In this document: positions 25,068 to 37,990 of the stretch, piece by piece
Position numbering within the stretch: position 1 is the stretch's first letter
Layout of the letters: the number at the start of each line of letters is the position of its first letter
From: Heterodontus francisci
Lineage: Eukaryota
Reading direction: 5' to 3'
Length of the DNA: 64,000 nucleotides
Assembly (NCBI RefSeq): GCF_036365525.1
Contig: NC_090372.1
Location: 94,341,815 to 94,405,814 of the forward strand
Made by a program: the position numbers and the translations under genes
The notes under the pieces: generated by a model
What the model saw: the letters and a program-made list of their open reading frames with translations, nothing else
What the model was told of the DNA's origin: nothing
Databases searched by the model: none

Positions 25068-25587
25068 ACAACAACAACAACTTATACTTATATAGCCCCT
25101 TTAATGCAATAAAGTGTCTTAAAGCACTTTACAGGAGCATTTTAAACAAAGTATGACATCGAACCACTAAAGGAGATATTAGGTCAGATGACCAAAAGGT
25201 TAGTCAAAGAGGCAAAGAGGTAAGTTTTAAGGAGTGTCTTGAAGGAGGAAAGTGAGGTGGAAAGGCAGAGAGGTTTAGGGAGGGTATTCCAGATCTTGGG
25301 GCCTAGGCAACTAAAGATGCAACCACCAGTAGTGGAGCAATTAAAATCAGGGATGCACAAGAGGTTAGAATTAGAGGCGAGCGGATATCTTGGAGGGTTG
25401 TGGAGCTGGAGGACATTACAGAAATAAGGAGGGGCGAGGCGATGGAGGGATTTGAAAACAGGATGAGAATTTTAAAACCGAGGTGTTGCTTAACTGGGAG
25501 CCAATGTAGGTCAGTGTGTACAGGGGTGACAGGTAAACAGGACTTGGTGTGAGTTAAGACACAGGCAGCAGAGTTTTGGATTACCTC
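25068..25587 (-). mobile_element. L2 LINE 3' end
   Basis: ORF 25303..25599 IQNSAACVLT...TPVHTDLHWLPV...FKIL is the L2 signature; (aac)n tail at 25068. Confidence 0.88.
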
Positions 25588-27035
25588 TTTTTTTTTCAAA
25601 AATATACTTTATTCATAAAAATCTGTTAAAAAAAATACATTACAAAACAGTTCAAAACAGCACCCAGTCGACATTCCAAAAGTGCAAAGGAAATCAGTTT
25701 TCTTCAATACAGGAGTGAGTTGCCTCACAACCCTTCCATTCCATTTTATATGCCATGTACATTTTACAGCAAACCCATATTTGGTATATACAGCCTGAGG
25801 GGTTTCCCATGGGTCCAGCCCCTCAATTCACTCAGGCGGGAGGACCTTACACAGTGCTCTTTCCTCATTGAGCCTTTGCAGCAGCTGCCCAAGCTTTAGT
25901 GCGTCCCTCAGCCTGAACCTTGGAATGTGCCAGTCTGCAACACAAGGCCGTGGACAACTCTTTGCGCTGGAAGACCAGCAAGTTTTAGGCAGACCAAAGA
26001 GAGTCTTTCACCGAATTGATGGTCCTCCAGCAGCAGTTGATGTTTATCTTGGTGTGCGTCCCTGGGAACTGCCTGTGGGGCAGACTCCTGTGTTACAGAG
26101 CTGCTTGTGATGAACCTCGACAAAAACCATTGCATCTCTTTCCACACCTGCTTTGCGAAGGCACATTCCAGAAGGAGGTGGGCAACAGTCTCTTCCTCAC
26201 TACAGCCATCTCGAGGGCAGCATGTGGAGGGGGTGAGACTCCGGGTGTGCAGGAAGGATCTGACAGGAAGGGCCCTTCTCACTTCCAGCCAAGCTACGTC
26301 TTGGTGCTTGTTTGAAAATTCTGGTGATGAGGCATTCTGCCAAATAACTTTGGCAGTCTGCTTGGGGAACCATCCGACAGGATCCACCATCTCCTTTTCC
26401 CGTAGGGCTTTGAGGACATTCCATGCAGACCACTGCCTGATGGATTGGTGGTCAAAGGTGTTTTTCTGCACAAACCTTTCCACGAAGGATAGGTGGTACG
26501 GCATGGTCCAACTGGATGGAGTGTTCCACGGCAATGTAACCAAACCCATCCTTCACAACTCCGGGGACAGAAAGAACCTCAGCACGTAGTGACACTTGGT
26601 GTTTTCGCACTGGGGCACGATGCACAGTTTGATGCAGCCGCACATGAAGGTGGTCATCAGGATGAGGGTGACGTTGGGTATGTTTTTCCGCCCTTATCCA
26701 GAGGCTTGAACATCATGTCCCTCCACACCCGGTCCATTTTGCATCTCCAGATAAAGAGGAAAATGGCTTGGATGACCGCCACGACGCAGGAGTGGGGTAT
26801 GGGCCAGACTTGCACCACATACAGCAACACTGTGAGCGCCTCGCACGTGATGACCAGGTTCTTACCCACAGTGCAGAGAGAACGCTGCTCCCACATGCTC
26901 AGTTTATGGTGTACCCTGGCTACTCGCTCCTTCCAGGTTTTGGTGCACGCCCTGGCCCTTCTGAACCATATCCCTGGCACTTTCAAATAGTCTGACCTGA
27001 CGTGAAGGGGACAAAGGGATCGGACGGCTCAGATC
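25588..27035 (-). mobile_element. Tx1-clade (L1 group) LINE, 5'-truncated
   Basis: CCHC-type motif CPRDGCSEEETVAHLLLEC, RRALPVR, LSMWEQRSL; poly(A) tail seen as a T-run at 25588. Confidence 0.9.
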
Positions 27036-27377
27036 CTATGGAGTTTGCATGATTGCCTTATAAAGTCAAGCAGGACTGGCCCAGAGTTGAAATTGGCCAC
27101 AGGTTTTTTCCTCCTTTTTTTGTGCCTCATTCAAGATGCAGCATTTAACAATTGTGGAGAGTGGTCCTTGAGATTATGCCCTCTAATGGATAGGATGAGC
27201 ACTGATGAGTTTGATGGTCTGTTCTCACCCTTCTTTTCAAATGTTCATATGAAATGAAAACCTGCAAACTGTCAGCTGAAATGTTAACGATTGTGTCTAG
27301 AAAAACTTCCATTGAAATGGATGTGCATACACTTATTTTAATTTAGAAAGACTCATTGATTGAACCAAAGGGTAAAA

Positions 27378-28040
27378 GGCCCCGATATTTATGGGGAGGG
27401 GCAGAGGGAGCAATGATTGCGGTTTGCGGGGCGGGGGAGGGGGGTGCGGTGTGAGGCATTTTCCAGGAATGTGGAGGACATGTTGAGTTTAACGGCAGCA
27501 CGACATGATTTTTAAAAAAAATCTAGTTTCCATCCGGCAGCCAGTTAAATTAGCAAAAGGGTTGTCAGACATGAAAGTCAACAGTGTAAAGCCAAAGCCA
27601 GGATGGTCCCCAGCAATCGGAAGAGATTGGGGCATGGTGGAAAGAGGCGGTGTGGGGGTGGCTCGCAGGGAGGGGAGCTTGCTGATCGTGATAGTGAGGT
27701 GAGGCTGCGATTGACAGAAGTTTTTCTGGGGAGCACACCTGTTCACCCTAGCTCAGAAGTAATGCTATAAATAGCACTTAGTTGCTTGACCCAGCTGCTC
27801 CCGTCTCCATTTATTTGTTCGGTTTCCTGAGCCCTGGGAAACCTGACTGGCCGGCCAACTACACTGTGGTGTATATAGTGACAGTCCCACCTCTCCAGAG
27901 CGTGGCACAGGCAGCCCACGCAACCCGTCTGCATAAAAATGCCAGCAAGCACATACGCGGCAAGTTGGTGTTGCGTTATATGATTTCAAATTTTTAACTC
28001 CCTCCCCCACCTGTTGTTGGGGGTGTTAATATCAAATCCA
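27378..28040. mobile_element. GC-rich Harbinger-like MITE
   Basis: Degenerate TIRs ggccccgatattt ... taatatcaaatcc; abrupt GC shift relative to flanks. Confidence 0.5.
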
Positions 28041-30049
28041 AAGTTTTAATATATTTTAAACAGCTTTTATTAGCAACACATTTCATGTTTTTAGAACAAT
28101 ACTGTACATTCTTGGTTTCTCAGATTTTATTTGGGAGTGAGTGTCTGTGTGGTACTTTTGGGAAGTAACTATACTTCAAATTGTTGATATTTACCATAAG
28201 ATAGAGTTTCCCATGTGGGTTTTCCCAATTGTCTGCTGCAACATCTATGGAATCCCTGGAGAACTGCCTGAAATGCACTTAGATTTGTAGCCACTTTTTA
28301 GGCACTAGCCACAGCCAAATGGGCAACTCTGCACCTTGATTTCCTTCAGACCATCAAAAGTGGGCAAGGTTAAACCCTTTCAAATGGCAGAACACCTCTG
28401 CATGTATAAGGCATTATCAGTTTTCGGCCGCAGTCTGTTCTGTCAGGCAGCTTTCATAATTACAAGGTGGGTACAAAACATTGTTTCCATGTATGTTTTA
28501 TGGCACAACTGGCTGGATAAGAATACTGGTAAATTATTAAAGATTTCAGAAGCACCAAGTATGTGAAATGAAGGCAGAGATCATTGTCTATTACAGCAGC
28601 AGGTTTTGTGATTGCTTGTCATTTATTTTGAGGCTTTGATCTTTTTGCTTTTTCTTGGAAGTTTGAAAATATTCAGCAATAATACTCTTTAATCTGTGCT
28701 GTTCTTATAATCTGTGCAGTCCTTATTTATTCCACCGTGCAATGAAGGGATAATACTTAGAACATCACTTACAGTAAATAAAGAAATACTGAACATTTTA
28801 GACTTGTACCATATTTTTGCAGCCTGTGTCCTGTGTTGGCCAGTCTGAGGATTTACTGATTCACAACTTTCACTTTAGCCTCAAATCTAACATAATTAGA
28901 CAGGGAGAATTATGTGACATGGGAACTTCTAAGAAGTAAATAAAATTGTGCAGACACGCACATATAGAAAATACATAAATGATAAATATTAATAGAAGAA
29001 ATGGCAGAAGTGGCTGGATAGCTCTCATAGCCAAGGATGACATGAAAATCTATCTAAAAGAATAAAATTAAAGTTCACAATGAATAATTACTACTGATGG
29101 AGCATTAATGAAACCTATGGTGGTGGATGGGCATTTAATCCACTCGTTTGAAGTGTGAGAATGTGAATCTGTAACAATCAAGGTCAATCTATGGTGTTAT
29201 ATAGAAAATGTCGTTAGTATGATATTGAAGAGTAAAATCTCTAACTACGACCTTACAAAGTTTAAGATGATTCTTTTCAATTGCTGCTCCCATCAACTGT
29301 GATGATTAACTCAATCCTTTATACTGGTGATTATATTATCATTGTGGAATCTGAAGTTGGGGGTAAGAAAATTATGTGCCACATGTACTCTCAAATTTCT
29401 AATCAAATACAAGAATTACGGCATTATAAAAATTGGGTCAGAGAGAGCAATAACATTCAGAGTTATTGAATTTGGATGAATTTAACTTTTCCACGTATTC
29501 TCGCATTCTTTTAAAAAGGGTGAGTTAGAGAGATTTTATATCCTCCAAAAATATTGTATAACTTAAGGCTTTTTTGTTCATTAACTGCATAATAATTTCA
29601 AACTGTACCTTTGCAGTTCTCCTGGCTCTCTCCTCAAGTGCACAGAAATATTTGAGAGAAACACCATGCATGATAGAAGCCTGTAATAAAAACAGAAATG
29701 GCTGGTAATAGGCAGCAGGTCATCAACATTTAAAAGAGGAAGACTCAGTAATATTTCAGGAAGGATCCTTCATCAATAGAGAAACCTTGTTTTGGGAACA
29801 CCATAAAAAAGAGGAGTGGGGAGAAAACAGACAGAAGTCATGAATTCAAATATGCTAACTACCCTTAATAAGCCAGTGTTGATGGGTTTAATGACCCGTA
29901 AATAGAAGTGAATGGTTTTGAATTTTGGAAATTGACAAGAAGATCTGAGGAAAAGTACTATAGAAAATTAAATGCATCTTATAGAATCGTAGGAGAGAGA
30001 AACAGTATGATCTTATTCTTATACACTTAAAAACATAGCAATAACACTT

Positions 30050-30320
30050 CCCTCATGACACAGCTGGTTAATAGATGAACTGTACAGAACAGGAGGGGTC
30101 CAGGTTTGATTACTGAGTTGTGCTGGGTTAGCTAAAATAATTCTATGTGCCATTGGGATAGTGAGTGGAAAATAAGCCAGGGATCCGGTCCTTGATCACT
30201 GTCCAGTGATCTCTGATGGAAATACTCGTGTGGATATCAGGTGAGGACAGAATCAAGATTGTTTATGACGCACTCAGTATCTGAATAAACCACCGACATT
30301 CACAATCTACATTACGAATG
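30050..30320 (+). mobile_element. Old tRNA-derived SINE (related copies about 40455-40690 + and 53890-54010 -)
   Basis: Box B-like ccaggtttgatt; shared body ccttgatcactgtccagtga...gtgtggat with the other copies. Confidence 0.55.
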
Positions 30321-30519
30321 GATGCATGGATGCAGTTTCAGGTAAGCCCAGAACTAGCAGTACAATAACCCAGCAAGGATTCAGGAGAGTTAGAGAGAAG
30401 GAACACAATTGACAAAAAAAGGAAAAAAATGATGGCTGCTCTAAATTAAGATTATAGAGGTAATTTTCCAATGTGATTTTCAGACAATTAATTTGAATGT
30501 TTGAAAAATTATATGTGTG

Positions 30520-30710
30520 CACAAGGATGTCACATTTGCCACTTTCCAATCCTCTAGCACCTTCCCCATATCTAGTGAAGATTGTAAGATTATAGCAAGC
30601 CCTTCCACTATCGCCACCTCCACTTCCTTTAGCAACCTGGGATACAAGCCATCTGGGCCAGCTGACTTACCCACTCTAAACATAGCCAGCCTTTCCAGTA
30701 CATTCTGCCC
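30520..30710 (-). mobile_element. CR1 ORF2 fragment
   Basis: KSAGPDGLYPRLLKE...EDWKVANVT. Confidence 0.85.
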
Positions 30711-30978
30711 AATCCTTGTTTGAGGAACTCAAAAACTTTCTATATACAGTGGCAATCTCCCTTTTAACTATTATTGTCTTAAAACTTCTGTTCAGGATGT
30801 AGAGATAAACACTAATTCTATTGAGCAATAAGAGTGTTTTATCCATTATACAGACTTTGCATCAGTGCTCATTTTCTTGGTTCATGAGCCAGCTCAAGTT
30901 AGTTCGGCACTAAGCCTGCTGACCAACCTTGCCTACATCTTTTTATGTTAGCACAAAAATAAATGGTTAGCGTCACAG

Positions 30979-31051
30979 AATATGAATGTTCAGTCAGTGG
31001 AACATCAGGCTTGTAATCTGTGGGTCCAGGGTTCAAGTCCCCATTTGGGCA
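30979..31051 (+). tRNA. tRNA-Lys(UUU)-derived pseudogene; anticodon position now reads TGT
   Basis: Aligns without gaps to vertebrate tRNA-Lys(UUU) from the D arm on (gttcagtcagtggaacatcaggcttgtaatctgtgggtccagggttcaagtccccatttgggca); 5' acceptor strand degenerate; followed by a T-run at 31053-31061. Confidence 0.85.
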
Positions 31052-31059
31052 CTTTTTTT

Positions 31060-31403
31060 TTGATAGCATAGACACAGTGAGAGCATTTCCACTTGTGGGA
31101 AAGAGCAAAATTAGAGGCATTCAATGTAGGATTGTCACCAAGAAATCAAATAGGGAATTCAGAAGAAGGTGCTTTACCCAGAGAGTGATGAGAATGTTGA
31201 ACTCACTATCATAGGGAGAAGTTGTCGCGAATAGTGTAGATGCATTTAAGGGGGAAGTTTGATAAGCCTATGAGGGAGAAAGGGAATAGAAGCTGATAGA
31301 GTTAGTTGAGGAAGGATGGAAGGAGGCTTGAGTGGAGCATAAAAGCTGGAATGGACCTGTTGGGTCAAATGGCCTGTTTCTGTGCTGTACATTCTATGTA
31401 ATT
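31060..31403 (+). mobile_element. CR1 3' end directly abutting the tRNA pseudogene
   Basis: FPLVGKSKIRG...FTQRVMRMLNSL and tail aatggcctgtttctgtgctgtacattctatgta. Confidence 0.85.
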
Positions 31404-33049
31404 AGATATAGTTCTGGCACTTTTTAAAAATCTCAAATTAAAAAAATTCAGGAATCACTCAGCCCTATGAATATCTCTACCTCTATGAGACAAAAGCTTC
31501 TCAAACATGATTTTAATGAAATTTGTCATTTACATTTCAGATTTTACTCTCTTTAAATTCTTTCCTGAAATAGTGAGAAGCATGACTTTCAAAATAAGAG
31601 AAGTGGTACACATGTTCTTTACTATTGTATTATGCTTATAGTGGAACCTCCATGGTGCATAATGGAAAATGGTGAATAATGAAGATGTTTCAAAGTATGG
31701 TTCGAGGAATGAAAATGATGCATGACAACCGCATGAGACAGTTTTATTCATGAAGAACGGGGCTAAGGAGGGAGAGTGGGACTAATTAGGTAGCTCTTTC
31801 AAAGAGCCAGCATAGGCATAATGGGCTGAATGGCCTCCATCTAGGCTGTAAGATTCATGTATTCCAAGAACAAATAACCCAAAAGCAGGAAGATCTCATG
31901 GAAGTCTCTGTCCTGCAAATATTCTGGCGAATAATAGGACTGTGGATAATAGAGGTTCTACTGTATTAGACTATGGTATAAATTTGGTGCAAAAATATTG
32001 GTATAAAATGGGAATACATTTTCCTGAATTTTTATTCCATCCGACTGCATAGGAGTGTCATTCATAATGGAAGTTTATTGTTTATGCAACCATGCTACAA
32101 GAAGGGGAAAAAGGTAAAAATGCTTGTTACACAAGTATATAGATGGCTGGATTGTTGATATCTAGTTCATGTGACAATCTGTTTTCACTAAATGCATTGA
32201 CTGTTGACAACTAACTTGAAACCTTCAATAGTCATCCAGCTTGCTTGCTATTATCAAATATGTCAGACTCCCCTCTGTCTCGATCACTCATGCAATGTAA
32301 TTCTGTTGTTGTGAGTTATAATCAAAGCAAATACAATAATTTTGTATAAGTAGAGGGTATGTCATGGCCAGCAGTGATATGATAAACATCTTCATATGTG
32401 AAGCTAACTGCTTAACACACAAGACTCCTCTGTATATATAAAATGAATATTGAATTTTACAATGTTTTAGAAATAGCATTTGAAACAAAAATGTTGGTAA
32501 TTTGGAATTTCCAAATTTCAAGACCTTGACATTCTAGATATCAAAGATTAATATTACCTTGCAGTGAGCATTAGTATATTTCTGTGAGACTTGTGTTCAT
32601 TTATATGATAATACTAATAAAAACTAGCCAGCCTTTATGAATTCATAGAACATAGAACATTTTTATAAAACCACAAAGCTGCATTTTATATTTAAGGGGG
32701 AAAGTAAAACGTATACACTGGTAAACCAAGCCCAGTGAAAATGTTGGACGATAAAATGATAGTAAACTTCATGGGCAGACATTTCAGCCAAACACATGAC
32801 ATACAGGCAATTTAAGACCAAAGTCTCCTTGTTTCCAGTACTGTGCTACCTGACAGATGTAGACTGTTATACTCATTATCTCTCCCCTCCCAAGTATTAC
32901 AGCCACTAAGACTGGTCATTTGAAGGTTGCCGCCTGGAAATGAGTAATTGACTGATGAGGTGGGGGAAGAGAGGTGACTTTTTCAGGTAATGAGTTTTTG
33001 AAAAAAACTGAGCTTATTTACTGTAAAAATATAGGTGAAGGGTCAGGGG

Positions 33050-35612
33050 TAATAAAACAAGAAACACTGGAAATACTCAGCAGGTCTGGCAGCATCTGTG
33101 GAGAGAGAAGCAGAGTTAATGTTTCAGGTCAGTTTTTTTTTATTTCCAAAATATACTTTATTCATAAAAATCTGTAAAAAATACATGACAAAACAGTTTC
33201 AAACAGCACCAAGTCAAAAAATACAAACAGTGCAAAGGAGATCAGTTTCCTTCAATACAATCATGAGTTGCCTCACAACCCTTCCATTTCATTTGTCACG
33301 CCAGATACATTTTTACATTTTACAGCAAACAAAATTTTCCGGTACAGTTCGAGGGGTTTTCCATGGATCCAGCCCCTCAATTCAGCTTGGTGCGGGGACC
33401 TTACACAGTGGTCTTTCCCATTGAGCCTTTGCTGCGGCTGCCCCAAGCTTTAGTGCGTCCCTCAGCACGTAGTCCTGGACCTTGGACTGTGCCAGTCTGC
33501 GACATTCGGTTGTGGACAACTCTTTGCGCTGGAAGACCAGCAAGTTTCGGGCAGACCAAAGGGCATCTTTCACCGAATTGATAGTCCTCCAGCAGCAGGT
33601 GATGTTTATCTTGGTGTGCGTCCCTGGGAACAGCCTGTAGAGCACAGACTCCTGTGTTACACAGCTGCTTGGGATGAACCTCAACAAAAACCACTGCATC
33701 TCTTTCCACACCTATTTTGCAAAGACACATTCCAGAAGGAGGTGGACAACCGTCTCTTCCCCACCACAGCCACCGCGAGGGCATTGTGCGGAGGGGGTGA
33801 GACTCCGGGCGGGCAGGAAGGATCTGACGGGGAGGGCTCTTCTCACCACCAGCCAAACTACACCTTGGTGCTTGTTTGAAAGTTCTGGTGATGAAGCATT
33901 CCGCCAGATGACTTTGGCGGTCTGCTTGGGGAACCATCCGACAGGATCCACGTCTCCTTTTCCTGTAGGGCCTTGAAGACATTCCGTGCAGTCCACTGCC
34001 TGATGGATCGGTGGTCAAAGATGTTTTTCCACAGAAACTGCTCCACGAAGGATAGGTGGTACGGCACAGTCCAACTGGATGGAACGTTCCGCAGCAATGC
34101 GACCAAGCCCATCCTTCGCAACACCGGGGACAGATAGAACCTCAGCACGTAGTGACACTTGGAGTTTGCGTACTGGAGGTCTACACACAGCTTGATGCAG
34201 CCGCACACGAAGGTAGTCATCAGGATGAGGGCCACGTTGGGTACATTTTTCCCGCCCTTATCCAGAGGTTTGAACATCATGTCCCTCCGGACCCGGTCCA
34301 TTTTGGATCCCCAGATGAAGCGGAAAATGGCTCGGGTGACCGCCACAGCGAAGAAGTGGGTTATGGGCCAGACCTGCGCCACGTACAGCAACAACGTGAG
34401 CGCCCCGCACCTGATGACCAGGTTCTTACCCACAATGGAGAGAGATCGCTGCCCCCACATGCTCAGCTTGTGTTGTACCTTGGCTACTCCTTCCTCCCAG
34501 GTTTTGGTGCACGCCCCGGCCCTTCCGAACCATATCCCCAGCACCTTCAGGTAGTCTGACCTGACAGTGAAGAGGATAAAGGATCGGTCAGCCCAGTTCC
34601 CAAAGAACATGGCCTCGCTCTTGCTTTGGTTAACTTTGGCTCCCGAGGCCAGTTCACACTGGTCGCAGATGCTCATCAGTCTGCGCACAGACAGCGGATC
34701 CAAGCAAAAGACGGCGACGTCATCCATGTACAGGGAGGTTTTAACCTGAGTGCCTCCACTGCCTGGGATTGTCACCCCTCTTATGCTCGCATCCTTCCTA
34801 ATAGACTCAGCAAAGGGTTCAATACAGCAAACAAACAAGACCGGGGAGAGAGGACAGCCCTGTCTGACTCCAGATTGGATCGGGAAATTTTCCGATTCCC
34901 ACCCATTAATTGAGACTGCGCTACTGATGTTTGTGTAGAGCAGTTTGATCCAATTGCAGATTCCCTCCCCAAACCCCATTTTGGAGAGCACGTCCATCAC
35001 GTAGGTGTGTGATATCCTGTCAAAAGCCTTCTCCTGGTCCAGGCTGATGAGGCAGGTGTCCACCCTCCTGTCCCGTACATAGGCGGTCGTATCCCTGAGT
35101 AGCGCGAGACTATCGGAGATCTTCCTGCCGGGTACAGTACAGGTCTGATCAAGGTGGATCACCAACTCCAGAGCAGACTTGACTCAACTGGCTGTGACTT
35201 TGGACAGAATCTTGTAGTCAACATTAAGCAGTGAGATGGGCCGTCAATTTCTGATTTCTGCCCTCTCTCCCTTCTACTTGTCGATGAGGGTGATGATGCC
35301 TTTCCTCATGGATTCTGACATGCTGCCGGCCAGAAGCATACTCTCGTATACTTCCAGCAGGTCAGGGCCAACCCAGTCCCACAGAGCCGAATACAATCCA
35401 ACCGGTAAGCCATCGCTTCCGGGAGTTTTACTCGTCTCGAAGGATTCGCCGGCCTTTGTCAGCTCGTCCAGTGTTAGCGGCTTGTCCAGTCTCTCCCTCG
35501 TGCTGTCATCTAAGATCTCTGTGATAGATGACAGAAAGGACTGGGAGGCTCTGCTGTTTGTGGGCTTCACGTCATACAGCCCAGCATAAAAGGACCCTTC
35601 TTCAGAACTGGT
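33050..35612 (-). mobile_element. Penelope pseudo-LTR fragment (33050-33132 plus 35593-35612) split by Tx1
   Basis: The two halves rejoin as ...gtttcaggtcag|gacccttcttcagaactgg, matching the intact copy at 45190-45225. Confidence 0.8.
33133..35592 (-). mobile_element. Tx1-clade LINE, 5'-truncated, RT largely open
   Basis: ORF 33858..35165 SLDQEKAFDR, GVRQGCPLSP, LYMDD; upstream KTPGSDGLP; CPRGGCGGEETVVHLLLEC; poly(A); same family as 25588-27035. Confidence 0.95.
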
Positions 35613-36321
35613 CAGGGGCTTTGGTTGAGGTGGTAGCAAGTTAAAGAAAATAACTGAAAGAGGAATTGCATTTAGGTGACACCAAGCTTGTTTTTTTTAA
35701 AGTCTGAAGATTGCAGAACTAAGGAAAGATGGAGAAAGGTAACTAATACAGAGCTCTGAGATTATGGAAATGAATGGTTTAGAATAGGTTAATTGTTAGT
35801 GTTTTAAAGTGACTGTCAGTTTATTAGAATTCATGTGATTAGCCGTCAGGCTCTCAGTATCAACCAATCAGATCATTTGAAAAGTTGGACTAGAGGCTGT
35901 TAGAATTCATCAAATATCACTTTGCACAAACTGAAGGCAGAAAAATTCAAAATGAATTGCTGATCCCCGACAGCCCAGATTAATTTATAGTGTTTCACTG
36001 GGAACTTCCTCAAGCTTGTTGTGTTCTGCCACCGTAACTTTAGTGGATCTTTAGCAGAAACCAGGTGATGATCTGTGGCAAAGCAGGAGACTCACAAGGA
36101 AATTCCTGCCCTTAGTCTTCACAAAAGTTACATGCAATAAATAAACTGCTGGAAGGTTTTTTTTTAATCTTTCAATTCACTCAAAGGAACTTTCTGAGGA
36201 ATGATCAGCTTCTGTTTTACATGAAGATCTATTTTCTTCAGGACTATTTGTCATAATTTGCCTGAATTGAGCAATTCTGTCATCTTGCTTGCAGAATTAC
36301 TAGGGTTTGGAAATAAAAAGA

Positions 36322-37091
36322 GGGGCTGGATTTTATGCTCTCCCCAACAGCATGTTTAAAGGCAGGGAGAGCATTTAATCGGGCCTGACAGTGGCGGGAC
36401 GACACACTGCCACCTTCCCGCCTCCACCCCAATTAAGTTGGTGGCAGGAAGGCCCATGGACAGCCTTCCTGCCTCGCTGCCAATTGAGGCCCTCTAGTGG
36501 GAAATTAATGCCCAATTAAGGGCCTCATCCTGCTGCTGATGGTATTAGCCCTGCGGGCCTGTCACCACACAGGGAGCATGACAAGCAAACGTGTACAGGT
36601 TGCTTGCTGGCTGGCTCCCGGGGGTTTGTGGGGGGGGGGGGGGGGGGTGCAGTGTGCCTCATTCAAAAGCACTTAGTGCCTGATTGAGGGACCCGGCATC
36701 AGAAAGGGGGGCCCACTGCAAGCCAGTCCCTGTCCTTGCTGTCGACATCCCCCTCCCCGCCCCCCCAACTCCCTTACCCTGCAAAATCCCTCTCGCCATC
36801 ACTCACCTGTGGCATGGGTCCTTCAATGATCCTCGGCCTCAGCTGAGTGCTCTACTGGTAGCATCCACTGCCTCTGTGGTGGCGCTGCTCCGTAAAAGAG
36901 CTGCCGGCCTCTGATTGGCCAGCAGCTCTCAGCAGGCATGACTTCCATTGCCGGGTTCCTTAATCCCAGGGAAGGCCGGCTGCTGCCCACTTAAGTGCCA
37001 GATTAGCACGTGGAGCGGTGGGCCTTCCCGAAAAGAGGTGACGCGGGGCCCTTGCCAGCTCTTCAGTCAGTGGCCTAATAAAATACTGCTC
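36322..37091. mobile_element. GC-rich Harbinger-like non-autonomous element with a G18 run
   Basis: TIRs ggggctggattttat ... ataaaatactgctc; internal similarity to 54575-55146 (ccaattgaggccct, gcctctgattggc); poly-G 36630-36647. Confidence 0.7.
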
Positions 37092-37734
37092 AAGAGTTGG
37101 TTGGGGAAGTGGTAAGTTTTCATTAAAAAAAGTAAAAATTTATATTGAAATTTGCATGCAGAATTGCATTAGGCTCCTAAAAGCAAGGAAAAGCAGCAAA
37201 TCGGATGTAAAAAAAAACTTTCCTGAGAACAGGGAGCCATGCCCCAAGAACCTAGAAAACAAATTTTCAACCTTCACTAGTTACATTCCCTTCAGTGATT
37301 TCTAAATCCACTGCAACTACCAAGGCCCTTTTTGTGTACTACGGTAAAGATGATCACAGATGTAAGGCATAACTGCAGATTAAATTATAAGAAGCCCGTG
37401 TACCAGCGTATTTTCAGTCTAACTCCTAGGTGGTGATTCTGAGCTGCCTGTTTCTCATCTGGGATAATGGCGGCAGGCTGTTGAAAATTGGGGGATGGAA
37501 GGGAGCCACCTCGGTCATTCCACTGACACCGAAGACCCATCTGATACAATTTTCAGGCAGAATTATAAACATAAATGCCTGTTTCTGCAGGGCGCTGCTT
37601 AAATATGCAAATCAGAGTCCTGTGATGGTTGTACAATTCCAATCGCAATTTCCAATGACAAATGGACAAAGCAATGCTGCTCCTCCTGGGACCACAGAAA
37701 ATCCCCAGCGCACTGCTGACCCTTAAAAGGCTCT

Positions 37735-37990
37735 CCACCCTGGGATTATCCTCCCCCCCACCACCCCCATCCCAGGATCACCTCTCTCCGCCCTCCCCCC
37801 CCACCCCCGGATTATCCCTCCCCCTGCCGGCATTAACCCTCCCCCACCCCCACCCCCCCCCAATCCCAAATCACCTCTCCACTCCCCCCACCCCGGGATC
37901 ACCTCTTCAGCCCCGACCCTAGGATCACCTCTCCAATCCCTCACCACACCCGGGATCACCTCTCCACCTTCCACCCCAGGATTCTTTCTC
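37735..37990. repeat. C-rich minisatellite inside a probable MITE (about 37430-38218)
   Basis: About 7 degenerate units built on ccc(g/a)ggat(c/t)a(c/t)c separated by C-runs. Confidence 0.7.
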
